Shown here: piece after piece, positions 27,057 to 36,266 of the stretch
Position numbering within the stretch: position 1 is the first letter of the stretch
Layout: the number at the start of each line of letters is the position of its first letter
NCBI GenBank assembly: GCA_045543955.1
Contig: JAZPYB010000025.1
Coordinates: 23,289-87,288 of the forward strand
Direction: 5' to 3'
DNA: 64,000 nucleotides
Origin: Eubacteriales bacterium
Lineage (GTDB): Bacteria; Bacillota; Clostridia; Oscillospirales; CAG-272
Program-made: the position numbers and the translations under genes
Notes under the pieces: model-generated
Told to the model about the DNA's origin: nothing
The model's database searches: none
What the model saw: only the letters and a program-made list of their open reading frames with translations

Positions 27057-29915
27057 ATGAAAAAGAGAATAATAGCGGCCGTTCTTGCCGTATTAATGAT
27101 TTCAACATTGCTTTTACCATTATCGGTTGGAGCAGCATCTGTAAATCATATGAGCGCAACCTTCGGAAACGAAAGGGCAAAGCTCGCAACGATGACTTAT
27201 GTTATGACAAGCGATGACCCGGAAAAGGCTGGCAAGGGAGACGGAATCTTGGAGCTTTATGCTGACTATGATTCTGGCGAAATTGCAGTTAAAAATACAG
27301 TAACTGGCGAAATCACTTTGTCAAACCCATATAATATCACAAGTATTTTCCAATCAACTAACACAACTGATAAGGGAAAATTCTTATCACAAGCATATAT
27401 TAAGTATTTCAAGCTTAGCGAAGGTAGCAACGCTATGAAAACTTGGTATAGCTATAATGAATGCTTCGCATATAAGCAGGGTAGTGTTGTTCCAACAGAA
27501 AATGGACTAACGGTTAACTATTCTATTGGAGAAGAAGAGCGCGATTATGCAGTTCCTTTGAAAATAAGTCTAGAGGACTTTTATAATGCTTTACGCACTG
27601 CAGGAAAAGACGACAGGTCAATTGAATTGCTTGTAAAAGAGTATTTTTCTTCATATGACCCTGATCAAAAGTATATCAAAGACCCACTGTTGAGCGACCC
27701 AACAAGTACTAAGCGCGAAACAATGATTAAGGAACAACCTCTTTGTGCAACAACACCATTTATGTTCCTTTTGCCAAATGTTTACCAAAATACTAACACA
27801 ATGAAGAATTTGGAACAAAAGCTAGTGGCAGCTGCGCCTGAGTACTTTGTGTTATCCAAAGAGGGTGAGGAAAAGACTCAATTTGAGCTTGACAGAGATA
27901 AGTATTGGAATGAAGAAGCTGATAGAGGTATGTATCCTGAAAAGGAATATCCAAACTTCAAGTTTACTGTAGATTATAAGCTTACAAACGATGGATTGGT
28001 TGTTGAGCTTGATACGAAAACAATCGAATATAATAAAGATCTCTATTGTCTTGCAGAGATTACACTTCTTCCATACTTTGGTGCAGCTTCATTGAATCCA
28101 GAGTTGGATGAAAAGGGCAATACTCAATACGATAATGGATATATCTTTATTCCTGACGGAAGTGGCGCAATTGTAAGATTTGAGGATCTTATTGCTAAAA
28201 ACCAAACAGGTAAGATTTCTTCCATACTATATGGCTCTGATTATGCTAAGTATCAAATAACCGGAAAGAATACAGAGCAATACACAATGCCTGTATTCGG
28301 CTTGATTAACTCTAGCGAGGATAATGGAACAGGATATTTTGCAATAATCGAAGAGGGCGATGCGATGGGCTCCATCGTTGCCGATGCGGAAAGATACTAT
28401 ATTTCTGCATACGCATCATTTAAATATGCAGATTATGACGTGTATGACCTAGCAGATGCTTTCTCGAGTGGTACATCTTCATCTACTGAAATTACTGTAG
28501 TTTCTGACAATTGCTATGAAGGTAAGTATAGAGTGAACTATAAGTTTTTGACAGCAGAGGAGACAGCAAAGCAGTATGATTTAAAAAATACCTACGATAC
28601 ATCATATGTAGGAATGGCAAAGCTTTATAGAGATTACTTAACTGCAAATGGAACAATAAAGAAAATCACAGAAACTGAAGAGAACACAAAGCTTTTCCTT
28701 GAGGTCTTTGGTTCTGTTAAGGTTAAAGAGCAGGTATTCTCATTCCCTGTTACTGTTAATAAAGAACTCACAACCTTCAGCGATATAATAAATATGCAGA
28801 AGGAGCTTGCAGATGCAGGCATTGATAACAGCTCATATATCTTGAAGGGCTTCTACAATGGTGGTCTTGCATCAACATATCCTACAAAGATCAAATGGCA
28901 AAAGGTTCTCGGTGGTGAAAAGGGTCTCAATGCGCTTCTTGCCGACTCCGAAATGAATAACTATGATGTTTCTTTGGATGTAGATTTTTCGTATTCTCAT
29001 GGTTCAAAATGGTTTAGCGGTTACTCTAGTAGTAAGCATGCAACAAAAACCATTGACGATAGATATACAACAAGACGTACATATTATGCCGCTACACAAA
29101 CCTTTGAGCGTACAAGTGGCGTTGCTGTTTCAAGCGCATCGTTTATTTCACTATTCGAAAAATTTACAAAATCAATATCTGATGTAAGCCTTAAGTCATT
29201 AGCAATAAGAGCTCTTGGCAAAGATTTGAACTCGGATTTTGACAAGGATGACTTCTATTCAAGAGAGGATTCTAAAAACAATACAGTTAAGTTTATGGAA
29301 TCAATTACAAGGCTCAACGAACGCAAGTTTGGTTTAATAATTGATGCAGGAAATGTGTATGCGATGAAGTATGCTTCAGGTGTTCTTTCAGCTCCTCTTG
29401 ATAGTAGTAAATATATAAGAGCAAGTGAAAGTGTTCCTTTCTATGGTATGGTATATCACGGTTCAGTTGAGTTTGCAGGAAATGCACTCAATATGGAGGG
29501 TGACCAAGACTATATGTTCTTGAAGGCAATCGAGAACGGAGCAGTGCTTTACTACACATTAGCAAAGCAAAATGTTGAAACACTTAAATCCGATCCTGAA
29601 TATAGCAAATATTATTCAATAAGCTATGATTTCTTAAAGGGTTCAATAGCTGAAAACTATACAACATATAACAATGCAATGAAGGATAAGCAAAACAAAT
29701 TCATCGTTGATCATAAATTCCTCAATGATGGAGAAGAAAATTGCTCCGTTACATTGCTTGATGGCACAGCAGTTGATAACTCCTTGGTAGTTCTCGTTGT
29801 ATACGAGGGTGGAGAGGGATTCATTCTCAACTACAATAGCCAAGATGTAATTGTTGAATTCGAGGGTAAAGAATATATAGTTCCAGGCCTTGATTTCAAA
29901 CCATACAAATCATAA
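27057..29915 (+). CDS. Secreted 952-aa protein of unknown function (DUF5696-like, from memory)
   Basis: It has the signal peptide MKKRIIAAVLAVLMISTLLLPLSVGA|AS and no motif of a characterised family that I can recognise. The DUF5696 assignment is recollection of similar loci, not a search result. Confidence 0.5.
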   Translation: MKKRIIAAVLAVLMISTLLLPLSVGAASVNHMSATFGNERAKLATMTYVMTSDDPEKAGKGDGILELYADYDSGEIAVKNTVTGEITLSNPYNITSIFQSTNTTDKGKFLSQAYIKYFKLSEGSNAMKTWYSYNECFAYKQGSVVPTENGLTVNYSIGEEERDYAVPLKISLEDFYNALRTAGKDDRSIELLVKEYFSSYDPDQKYIKDPLLSDPTSTKRETMIKEQPLCATTPFMFLLPNVYQNTNTMKNLEQKLVAAAPEYFVLSKEGEEKTQFELDRDKYWNEEADRGMYPEKEYPNFKFTVDYKLTNDGLVVELDTKTIEYNKDLYCLAEITLLPYFGAASLNPELDEKGNTQYDNGYIFIPDGSGAIVRFEDLIAKNQTGKISSILYGSDYAKYQITGKNTEQYTMPVFGLINSSEDNGTGYFAIIEEGDAMGSIVADAERYYISAYASFKYADYDVYDLADAFSSGTSSSTEITVVSDNCYEGKYRVNYKFLTAEETAKQYDLKNTYDTSYVGMAKLYRDYLTANGTIKKITETEENTKLFLEVFGSVKVKEQVFSFPVTVNKELTTFSDIINMQKELADAGIDNSSYILKGFYNGGLASTYPTKIKWQKVLGGEKGLNALLADSEMNNYDVSLDVDFSYSHGSKWFSGYSSSKHATKTIDDRYTTRRTYYAATQTFERTSGVAVSSASFISLFEKFTKSISDVSLKSLAIRALGKDLNSDFDKDDFYSREDSKNNTVKFMESITRLNERKFGLIIDAGNVYAMKYASGVLSAPLDSSKYIRASESVPFYGMVYHGSVEFAGNALNMEGDQDYMFLKAIENGAVLYYTLAKQNVETLKSDPEYSKYYSISYDFLKGSIAENYTTYNNAMKDKQNKFIVDHKFLNDGEENCSVTLLDGTAVDNSLVVLVVYEGGEGFILNYNSQDVIVEFEGKEYIVPGLDFKPYKS

Positions 29916-29933
29916 AAGGGGGGCTGATGCGAA

Positions 29934-31079
29934 ATGAAAAATGTATATGAAAATCAAAACAGCGTATCGCTTAAGCCCACAGAAGTAGTTTCTGAAGAGC
30001 ATAAGATATATATGCTAAATCCTATTGCTAAGCCAAGGGTAGAAGAACCGGTGGTTGAGCAAGAGGAAACACCGGTAGTAGAGGAAGTAGTTGTAGAGGA
30101 GTCCGTTTCAGCGGATGCCTCTGCTGCAACTGCAACCGTTCAAACTGCTACTTATCGAAAAAAGAAAAAAGGTTTATCACTAAAGAGCAAAAAAGCGCTT
30201 TCCGGTTGGCTCTTCTGCCTACCATTTGTGCTCGGAATTATCGGTATTTATTTACCTATGGTAATTAAATCAATTGAAGTTTCATTCCGTGGCTCCAAGG
30301 GCAACAATGACTTCTTTAGCTTTGATGCCTACGTTGCAGTATTTAACGACCCTAACGGTTTTACTAAAACAGTGCTAGACGCTATGGGCGACTTGGTATT
30401 GCAAATACCAGCAATTGTAATATTTGCACTCTTTATGGCTATAATTCTTAACCAAAAGATGACAGGCCGTACATTCTTCCGTGCAGTATTCTTCTTGCCA
30501 GTTATTCTTTCAACTGGTATCATCGACGCAATTGACACACAAATAAGCGCAGGCGAAATGAACGAAAGCGGCGCAGTTGACGATAACACAGGCTCAGAGG
30601 GTGATGGATTTATTTCAGCACTTGATGTAGAAGCACTGCTGTCGAGCGTCAATATAACGATAGGTAAGTTTAATATGGCTGAAATGGTAACAAGCCTTAT
30701 TAACAAAATATTTATGATTGTTAGCCGTTCAGGCGTACAAATGCTTATATTCCTATCAGGCCTACAATCTATTTCACCATCCATTTACGAGTCTTGTCAG
30801 ATGGAAGGCGCATCCGCTTGGGAAACCTTCTGGAAGATTACATTGCCAATGATAAGCCCAATGATTCTTGTAAACGCAATTTATACAGTTGTTGACCTAT
30901 TTACAGCGGCTGACAACCGTGTAATGCAAGGTCTAGCTGGATACGGTGGTATGTTTGGCTCGAACAACCCTGGTAACTTCAGTGCTGGTATTTGGATTTA
31001 CATCCTACTCGTACTTGTTGTAGTTATTGTGGTTGCATTGTTGATGAAAACGGTAGTGTTCTACCAAAGAAGAGACTAA
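29934..31079 (+). CDS. Sugar ABC transporter permease, MalF-like (pair 2) with acidic N-terminal extension
   Basis: It has the EAA loop ESCQMEGASAWETFWKITLPMISP and an E/V-rich N-terminal extension of about 95 aa. An inserted Asp/Gly-rich segment (putative extracellular loop) lies at about 30528-30720. Confidence 0.85.
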   Translation: MKNVYENQNSVSLKPTEVVSEEHKIYMLNPIAKPRVEEPVVEQEETPVVEEVVVEESVSADASAATATVQTATYRKKKKGLSLKSKKALSGWLFCLPFVLGIIGIYLPMVIKSIEVSFRGSKGNNDFFSFDAYVAVFNDPNGFTKTVLDAMGDLVLQIPAIVIFALFMAIILNQKMTGRTFFRAVFFLPVILSTGIIDAIDTQISAGEMNESGAVDDNTGSEGDGFISALDVEALLSSVNITIGKFNMAEMVTSLINKIFMIVSRSGVQMLIFLSGLQSISPSIYESCQMEGASAWETFWKITLPMISPMILVNAIYTVVDLFTAADNRVMQGLAGYGGMFGSNNPGNFSAGIWIYILLVLVVVIVVALLMKTVVFYQRRD

Positions 31080-31091
31080 GGAGGTGCTAAA

Positions 31092-32162
31092 ATGGATACA
31101 GTAAAAGTAAAAAGAGAATCCAAAAACAAAATCAAAGTTGATTTTGAAAGAGCGCCTCTAAAAGAGAGATTGAAGCAAAAGTTCTTGTCCTTTAATTTCT
31201 TTAAAAAGGTAGTATTTGTAATTTTTAGAACTGTACTTTTGATAGGTATTACATTTATAATACTTTATCCGTACATCACAAAGATTCTATCATCTGTAAT
31301 GTCAATAAGTGACGTTAAGGATGCTATGGTTATTCTTATTTCTAAAAATCCAACGTTCGATCAGTATTGGTATATACTTACACAAAATGATTATTTAAGA
31401 GCAGTTATAACTACATTTGTTGTTTCATTTTCCGTTGCATTAATCCAGACACTTGTGTGTGCTTTAGTTGCTTACGGATTAGCAAAATTCAAGTTTAAAG
31501 GCAATTCAATAGTGTTTGCGCTTGTTATAGTAACCTTGATGGTACCACAAGAGGCACTAAAGAACTCTATGGATGCATTCTTTAGACAAATTACATTGTT
31601 TGAAACAACAATGAACCCAATAAGCTTTATATTACAGCCACTTCAAAATATGTTTGGCATGTTTGAGAACGGCTACGGATTTTCCGATAGCTTAATCCCT
31701 CTTTATGTCTTATCAATATTAGGCTTGGGCTTTAAGAATGGACTGTTTATATTTATGCTAAGACAATTTTTCAAGGGTGTACCTGACGAGCTTGAGGAGT
31801 CAGCCTTCGTTGATGGCTCAAGCACATTCCGTACCTTCTTTAGCATAATTATTCCAATTTCTATTCCTATGCTAATAACAGTATTTATCTTTGCATTCTC
31901 ATGGCAATGGACAGATGATTTCTATACAACTATGTTCTTAGCAAAGGAAAATTCAGCATTCGTATTTATGAAGCATATTGCGAGAACTCCAGAATATATA
32001 GGAGAGCTTCTTAAAACAGAAACCCAAAACATTTCAAATGCATATAGTGCTATTGTATTGGGAACAGCTTCTATTCTTATCGCATTGCCACTTCTTATTG
32101 CATATGTATTCTTGCAAAGAAGAATTGTTGAGGGCGTAGAAAGAAGCGGTATCGTTGGATAA
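31092..32162 (+). CDS. Sugar ABC transporter permease, MalG-like (pair 2)
   Basis: It has the EAA loop ESAFVDGSSTFRTFFSIIIPISIPM and a GAGGTG RBS. Confidence 0.85.
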   Translation: MDTVKVKRESKNKIKVDFERAPLKERLKQKFLSFNFFKKVVFVIFRTVLLIGITFIILYPYITKILSSVMSISDVKDAMVILISKNPTFDQYWYILTQNDYLRAVITTFVVSFSVALIQTLVCALVAYGLAKFKFKGNSIVFALVIVTLMVPQEALKNSMDAFFRQITLFETTMNPISFILQPLQNMFGMFENGYGFSDSLIPLYVLSILGLGFKNGLFIFMLRQFFKGVPDELEESAFVDGSSTFRTFFSIIIPISIPMLITVFIFAFSWQWTDDFYTTMFLAKENSAFVFMKHIARTPEYIGELLKTETQNISNAYSAIVLGTASILIALPLLIAYVFLQRRIVEGVERSGIVG

Positions 32163-32258
32163 TTATTAAAAATTATCTAACAAAATAGGCTAAAATCATT
32201 AGTTTAATTTCTACTTGAAAATTTTTTATTAAAATATAAAAAAACTTTCATTTTAGTA

Positions 32259-32287
32259 TTGACAAATGCGAAATCATTTGTTATAAT
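32259..32287 (+). promoter_or_regulatory. Perfect consensus sigma-A promoter
   Basis: It reads TTGACA (32259-32264), a 17-nt spacer, then TATAAT (32282-32287). Confidence 0.75.
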
Positions 32288-32332
32288 TAATACAACTTAT
32301 GGTTATAAATTTACTTAGAACAAGGAGAATTG

Positions 32333-32554
32333 ATGATGAAATACGTTTCCCCAATCTGCGAGATGGATAAAATTGAAACAGAAGACATCATGGATACAAG
32401 TATGGCTGGTATCGTTCCAGGTGCTATGTTCTCTGGTAATACTGATGCAGTAATCACAGATAGTGATGTTACAAAGGTTACAGAAAATGTAGATGGAACA
32501 AAAGACGTTTCAGTTGGTATCGACTTTAGTAAACTCGGCACAACACAAGGTTAA
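32333..32554 (+). CDS. Small acidic protein of unknown function (73 aa)
   Basis: An AAGGAG RBS lies 5 nt upstream of the ATG. The gene has its own consensus promoter and a strong terminator. It has no signal peptide or TM segment and contains 1 Cys. Confidence 0.65.
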   Translation: MMKYVSPICEMDKIETEDIMDTSMAGIVPGAMFSGNTDAVITDSDVTKVTENVDGTKDVSVGIDFSKLGTTQG

Positions 32555-32565
32555 TCATAGCAAAA

Positions 32566-32598
32566 TAAAAAAGCCACGCAAATTTGCGTGGCTTTTTT
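32566..32598 (+). terminator. Rho-independent terminator
   Basis: gccacgca-aatt-tgcgtggc is followed by T6. Confidence 0.85.
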
Positions 32599-32666
32599 AT
32601 TTCTTTATAACTAGAATTAAAAGCATTATTTAAAAGAGCAGTACTTAAAAATACTGCTCATTTTTA

Positions 32667-33668
32667 TTATTTAATTAAAGCTTCGGCAATTTGGATTGCA
32701 TTTGTAGCAGCGCCTTTTCTAACTTGGTCGCCACAGCACCACAATGTGATTGCGTTATCAAATACTAAGTCTTTTCTGATTCTACCAACGTAAACAAGGT
32801 CTTGGTCAGATGTTACGAGTGGCATAGGATAATGCTTGTTATCCATATCATCATAAAGCTTGCATCCGTCGCACTCGGCAACAGCAGCCTTAACTTGGTC
32901 AACTGTAAGACTGTCCTCTGTAAGAACAGTAACGGAAATAGAGTGTGAACGAACAACAGGAACTCTTACACAAGTGCAAGTAACCTTGAGCTCAGGCAAA
33001 TGAAGAATCTTTCTGCCTTCGTTTTGCATCTTCATTTCCTCGCTTGTATAGCCGTCGTCATTGAAGCCACCGATTTGAGGAATAACGTTTTCTGCAATTT
33101 GATATTGGAACACCTCACTCTTAACCTCACCACCTTCAAGAAGAGCCTTGGTTTGTGCGCGAAGCTCAACGGGACCACCAGCACCAGCACCGCTTGTAGC
33201 TTGGTAAGTTGATGCAACCATACCCTTAATCTTTGAAAGCTTATTGATTGCGTTTACAGCGACTAAAGTGATAATAGTGGAGCAGTTAGGGTTAGCAATA
33301 ATACCCTTGTTTTTCTTAACGTCCTCTGCGTTGATTTCTGGAACAACAAGTGGAACATCGTCACACATACGGAATGCGCTAGAGTTGTCTACAAATACAG
33401 CGCCAGCCTTTACAATATCAGGAGCTAGCTCCTTTGCAATTGCATTGGAAGCAGCGCCAAGAACAATATCAAGTCCCTCAAATGCGCCACCCTCAGCAAG
33501 CTTAACCTCAATTTCTTGACCCTTGAATGAAAGCTTTTTACCAACGCTACGAGCACTAGCTAAAAGTCTAAGCTCGCCAATTGGAAAGTTTCTTTCCTCA
33601 AGAATTTTCATCATTTCACGTCCTACAGCACCAGTTGCACCTAGGATACCTACATTATATGTTTTCAT
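32667..33668 (-). CDS. asd: Aspartate-semialdehyde dehydrogenase
   Basis: It has GATGAVG and the active-site motif NPNCSTI. Its start makes a TAATG overlap with the upstream stop. Confidence 0.92.
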   Translation of the reverse strand: MKTYNVGILGATGAVGREMMKILEERNFPIGELRLLASARSVGKKLSFKGQEIEVKLAEGGAFEGLDIVLGAASNAIAKELAPDIVKAGAVFVDNSSAFRMCDDVPLVVPEINAEDVKKNKGIIANPNCSTIITLVAVNAINKLSKIKGMVASTYQATSGAGAGGPVELRAQTKALLEGGEVKSEVFQYQIAENVIPQIGGFNDDGYTSEEMKMQNEGRKILHLPELKVTCTCVRVPVVRSHSISVTVLTEDSLTVDQVKAAVAECDGCKLYDDMDNKHYPMPLVTSDQDLVYVGRIRKDLVFDNAITLWCCGDQVRKGAATNAIQIAEALIK

Positions 33669-34996
33669 TATTCTTCTACCTCACTTAAATTGTATAGAAC
33701 TTTAATAGTTTTCTTAAAGTTTCTGTCGTTTACACCGATTATGATGTTGATTTCATCAGCACCTTGCTCAATCATTTTAATGTTGATATCATTTTCGCCA
33801 AGTGCTGTGAATATTTTTCCTGCAATACCTATATTTGATTGAAGCTTTCTACCAACAATGGCAATCAAGCTGATTTCATTATCAATCTTGATTGAGTCAG
33901 GAGTTAAAGCGCTGTTAAGAGCAGCAATAAGCTCGTGCATACAATTTTCGATGTAAGATGATGCAATAACAACAGAGAAGCTGTCAATACTGCTAGGAAT
34001 GTGTTCAATCGGGATTTCAAAACGCTCAAATACCTCAAGCGCGCGTCTTACATAGCCAATTTCATCATTCATTCTGCTTTTTGCAATTGTAATGATAGAG
34101 AAGTTTTTCTTACCTGAAATACCAGTAATAAAGTGCGAGTTTTTGTCGTCCTCATCCTCTGGGAAGCTTTCCATAATAAGAGTACCACGCGCATTCATAT
34201 CGTTGGTGTTTTTAATGTAAAGAGGAATGCTCTTTTGTCTAACTGGGAAAACTGTCTCCTCATGAAGAACATCAGCACCCATATATGAAAGCTCGCGTAG
34301 CTCGGCAAATGTAACGTTTTCAATAGGTCTTGGATTATCAACAATACGTGGGTCAGCGGTCATAATTCCAGACACGTCTGTCCAGTTTTCATACATATCG
34401 GCATTAATAGCCGCTGCTGCAATGGCACCGGTAATATCAGAGCCACCACGAGAGAATGTTTTGATGTTTCCGTCAGGAGTAGCACCATAGAAGCCTGGAA
34501 CAACAATTCTTGGGTTGTTTTCAACAATCTCAGAGAGATTTTTGTATGAGCGCTCAAAGTCAACCTTTCCGTTGAAGTTGAACACTAGCCAGCTGGCACT
34601 GTCAACAAATGTATAGCCAAGATACTCAGCCATAAGTCTTGCGTTTAGATATTCGCCTCTTGAAACGATGTAGTCAACGCTAGATTTTTTGTTAAGACCG
34701 GATGCAATTTTATCAAATTCATATTCAAGGTCTTGCTTTAAGCCACAGCCCTTGTATATTTCACGATATCTTTCTTTGATTTTTTCAAACATATCATCAA
34801 CACCGATGCTATATTTGATGTGTGCGTGGCAAACATAGAGTAAATCAGTAACCTTGATGTCCTCCTTAAATCTCTTACCAGGAGCAGAAACAACTACAAC
34901 AGTACGGGATTTGTCAGCCTCAATAATCTTTTTAACTTTAGCAAAAGCCTCGGCAGAAGCAAGAGAAGAACCACCGAATTTAACTACCTTCAACAT
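33668..34996 (-). CDS. Aspartate kinase (monofunctional, C-terminal ACT domains)
   Basis: It has the N-terminal VVKFGGSSL and the GGSD motif. Length is 442 aa. Confidence 0.9.
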   Translation of the reverse strand: MLKVVKFGGSSLASAEAFAKVKKIIEADKSRTVVVVSAPGKRFKEDIKVTDLLYVCHAHIKYSIGVDDMFEKIKERYREIYKGCGLKQDLEYEFDKIASGLNKKSSVDYIVSRGEYLNARLMAEYLGYTFVDSASWLVFNFNGKVDFERSYKNLSEIVENNPRIVVPGFYGATPDGNIKTFSRGGSDITGAIAAAAINADMYENWTDVSGIMTADPRIVDNPRPIENVTFAELRELSYMGADVLHEETVFPVRQKSIPLYIKNTNDMNARGTLIMESFPEDEDDKNSHFITGISGKKNFSIITIAKSRMNDEIGYVRRALEVFERFEIPIEHIPSSIDSFSVVIASSYIENCMHELIAALNSALTPDSIKIDNEISLIAIVGRKLQSNIGIAGKIFTALGENDINIKMIEQGADEINIIIGVNDRNFKKTIKVLYNLSEVEE

Positions 34997-34999
34997 AAA

Positions 35000-36142
35000 T
35001 TATTCCTCAATACCCGCGAAAAATGCAAGCGGGTCGCTTTCTAAGATTGAATTTGCAAGTGAGTGCATAGCACTAACCTTCATTTTATTTGTAATAATAT
35101 AATAGCTATCGCCAATTTTTTCATAGCCCTTTACATTTTCGGGCAAGAAATTAGCTCTAATATAATATTTTCTTTCATATTGTGAGTTGTCAACCTCTAA
35201 GGATTTACCGAAATCGCGTGTATAGCGACAACCATTAACAACATCAATAACATCAGACGCAAGAGCGTGTCCGGTTGGGTATTTACCAGCACCCTGTCCA
35301 TAGAAGGAAAGGCGACCAACACTCTTACCAAACAAGGAAATTATATTAAAATTCTTGTTTACGTTAGCTTCAAGTGAAGTGCTTGGAAGTAAAACAGGCT
35401 CAACAAAAGATGAAATTGTTTCGTCCTCGTTTTTAATGCCAAATCCCATATATCTTACGGTTTTGTTTAGCTTTGTCTTAATATATTCTATGTCGTTTTT
35501 AGTGATGTTGCGAAGGGAGAAGAGAGAAACCTCGCTTTCCTTTACAGTTGTTTTGAAAGCAATTGATGACGAGATAGCTGTTTTTCTTGCAACATCAAGA
35601 CCGTCAATGTCAGCTGAAGGATTTGCTTCAGCATAACCAAGCGACTGCGCTTCCTTCAAAACCTCATCAAAATCGCGCGAGTCAGTAATCATAGCATCTA
35701 AAATAAAGTTGGTAGTTCCATTCATAATACCCATTATTTTAGTGATTTCATCGCCATTTGTGGTGCGCTTTAGGTTGTAAAGCCAAGGAATACCACCACC
35801 AACTGCGGATGTGAAGTTTATAGTAACATTGTTCTCCTTAGCAAGCGTGTGAAGCTCGTCGTAATATTCGCAAATTAAATGCTTGTTTGAGCTAACAACG
35901 TGCTTTCCGGCCTTGAGCGCTTTAACAACAAAGGTATGAGCAGGCTCAAGTCCACCGATAGCCTCGGCAACAACGCCAATTTCATTGTCATTTAAAATAT
36001 CATCGTAGTTTGCGGTTAAAACATTGCCAAGCTCATCGTGTGGTCGAATATCAAGAACCTTCTTGATATCAAAGCCACTTTTATTAAGAATTTCGTAAGC
36101 TCCGGAGCCGACAACGCCGTAACCGAGAATTGCGATTTTCAT
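35000..36142 (-). CDS. hom: Homoserine dehydrogenase
   Basis: It has the Rossmann motif ILGYGVVG and GIMNGTTNFIL. Confidence 0.85.
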   Translation of the reverse strand: MKIAILGYGVVGSGAYEILNKSGFDIKKVLDIRPHDELGNVLTANYDDILNDNEIGVVAEAIGGLEPAHTFVVKALKAGKHVVSSNKHLICEYYDELHTLAKENNVTINFTSAVGGGIPWLYNLKRTTNGDEITKIMGIMNGTTNFILDAMITDSRDFDEVLKEAQSLGYAEANPSADIDGLDVARKTAISSSIAFKTTVKESEVSLFSLRNITKNDIEYIKTKLNKTVRYMGFGIKNEDETISSFVEPVLLPSTSLEANVNKNFNIISLFGKSVGRLSFYGQGAGKYPTGHALASDVIDVVNGCRYTRDFGKSLEVDNSQYERKYYIRANFLPENVKGYEKIGDSYYIITNKMKVSAMHSLANSILESDPLAFFAGIEE

Positions 36143-36266
36143 ATAAATTTTGTCCTTCCCAAGAAAAAATTTTCAAAAAAATGTGTTTTTATTTCGAAAA
36201 CACTTGTATTTGCATGTGAAATAGTGTATCATATATAAAGAAAAAAATCAAGAGGTATTTTAAAAA

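Noticed and set aside
30329-30784. A 151-aa minus-strand ORF inside the pair-2 MalF-like permease gene
   Set aside because: It is antisense to a gene with a clear EAA loop and TM pattern, and it has no start signals.
32311-32541. A 76-aa minus-strand ORF overlapping the small acidic gene
   Set aside because: The promoter, RBS and terminator are all oriented for the plus strand, and the minus ORF has none of these.
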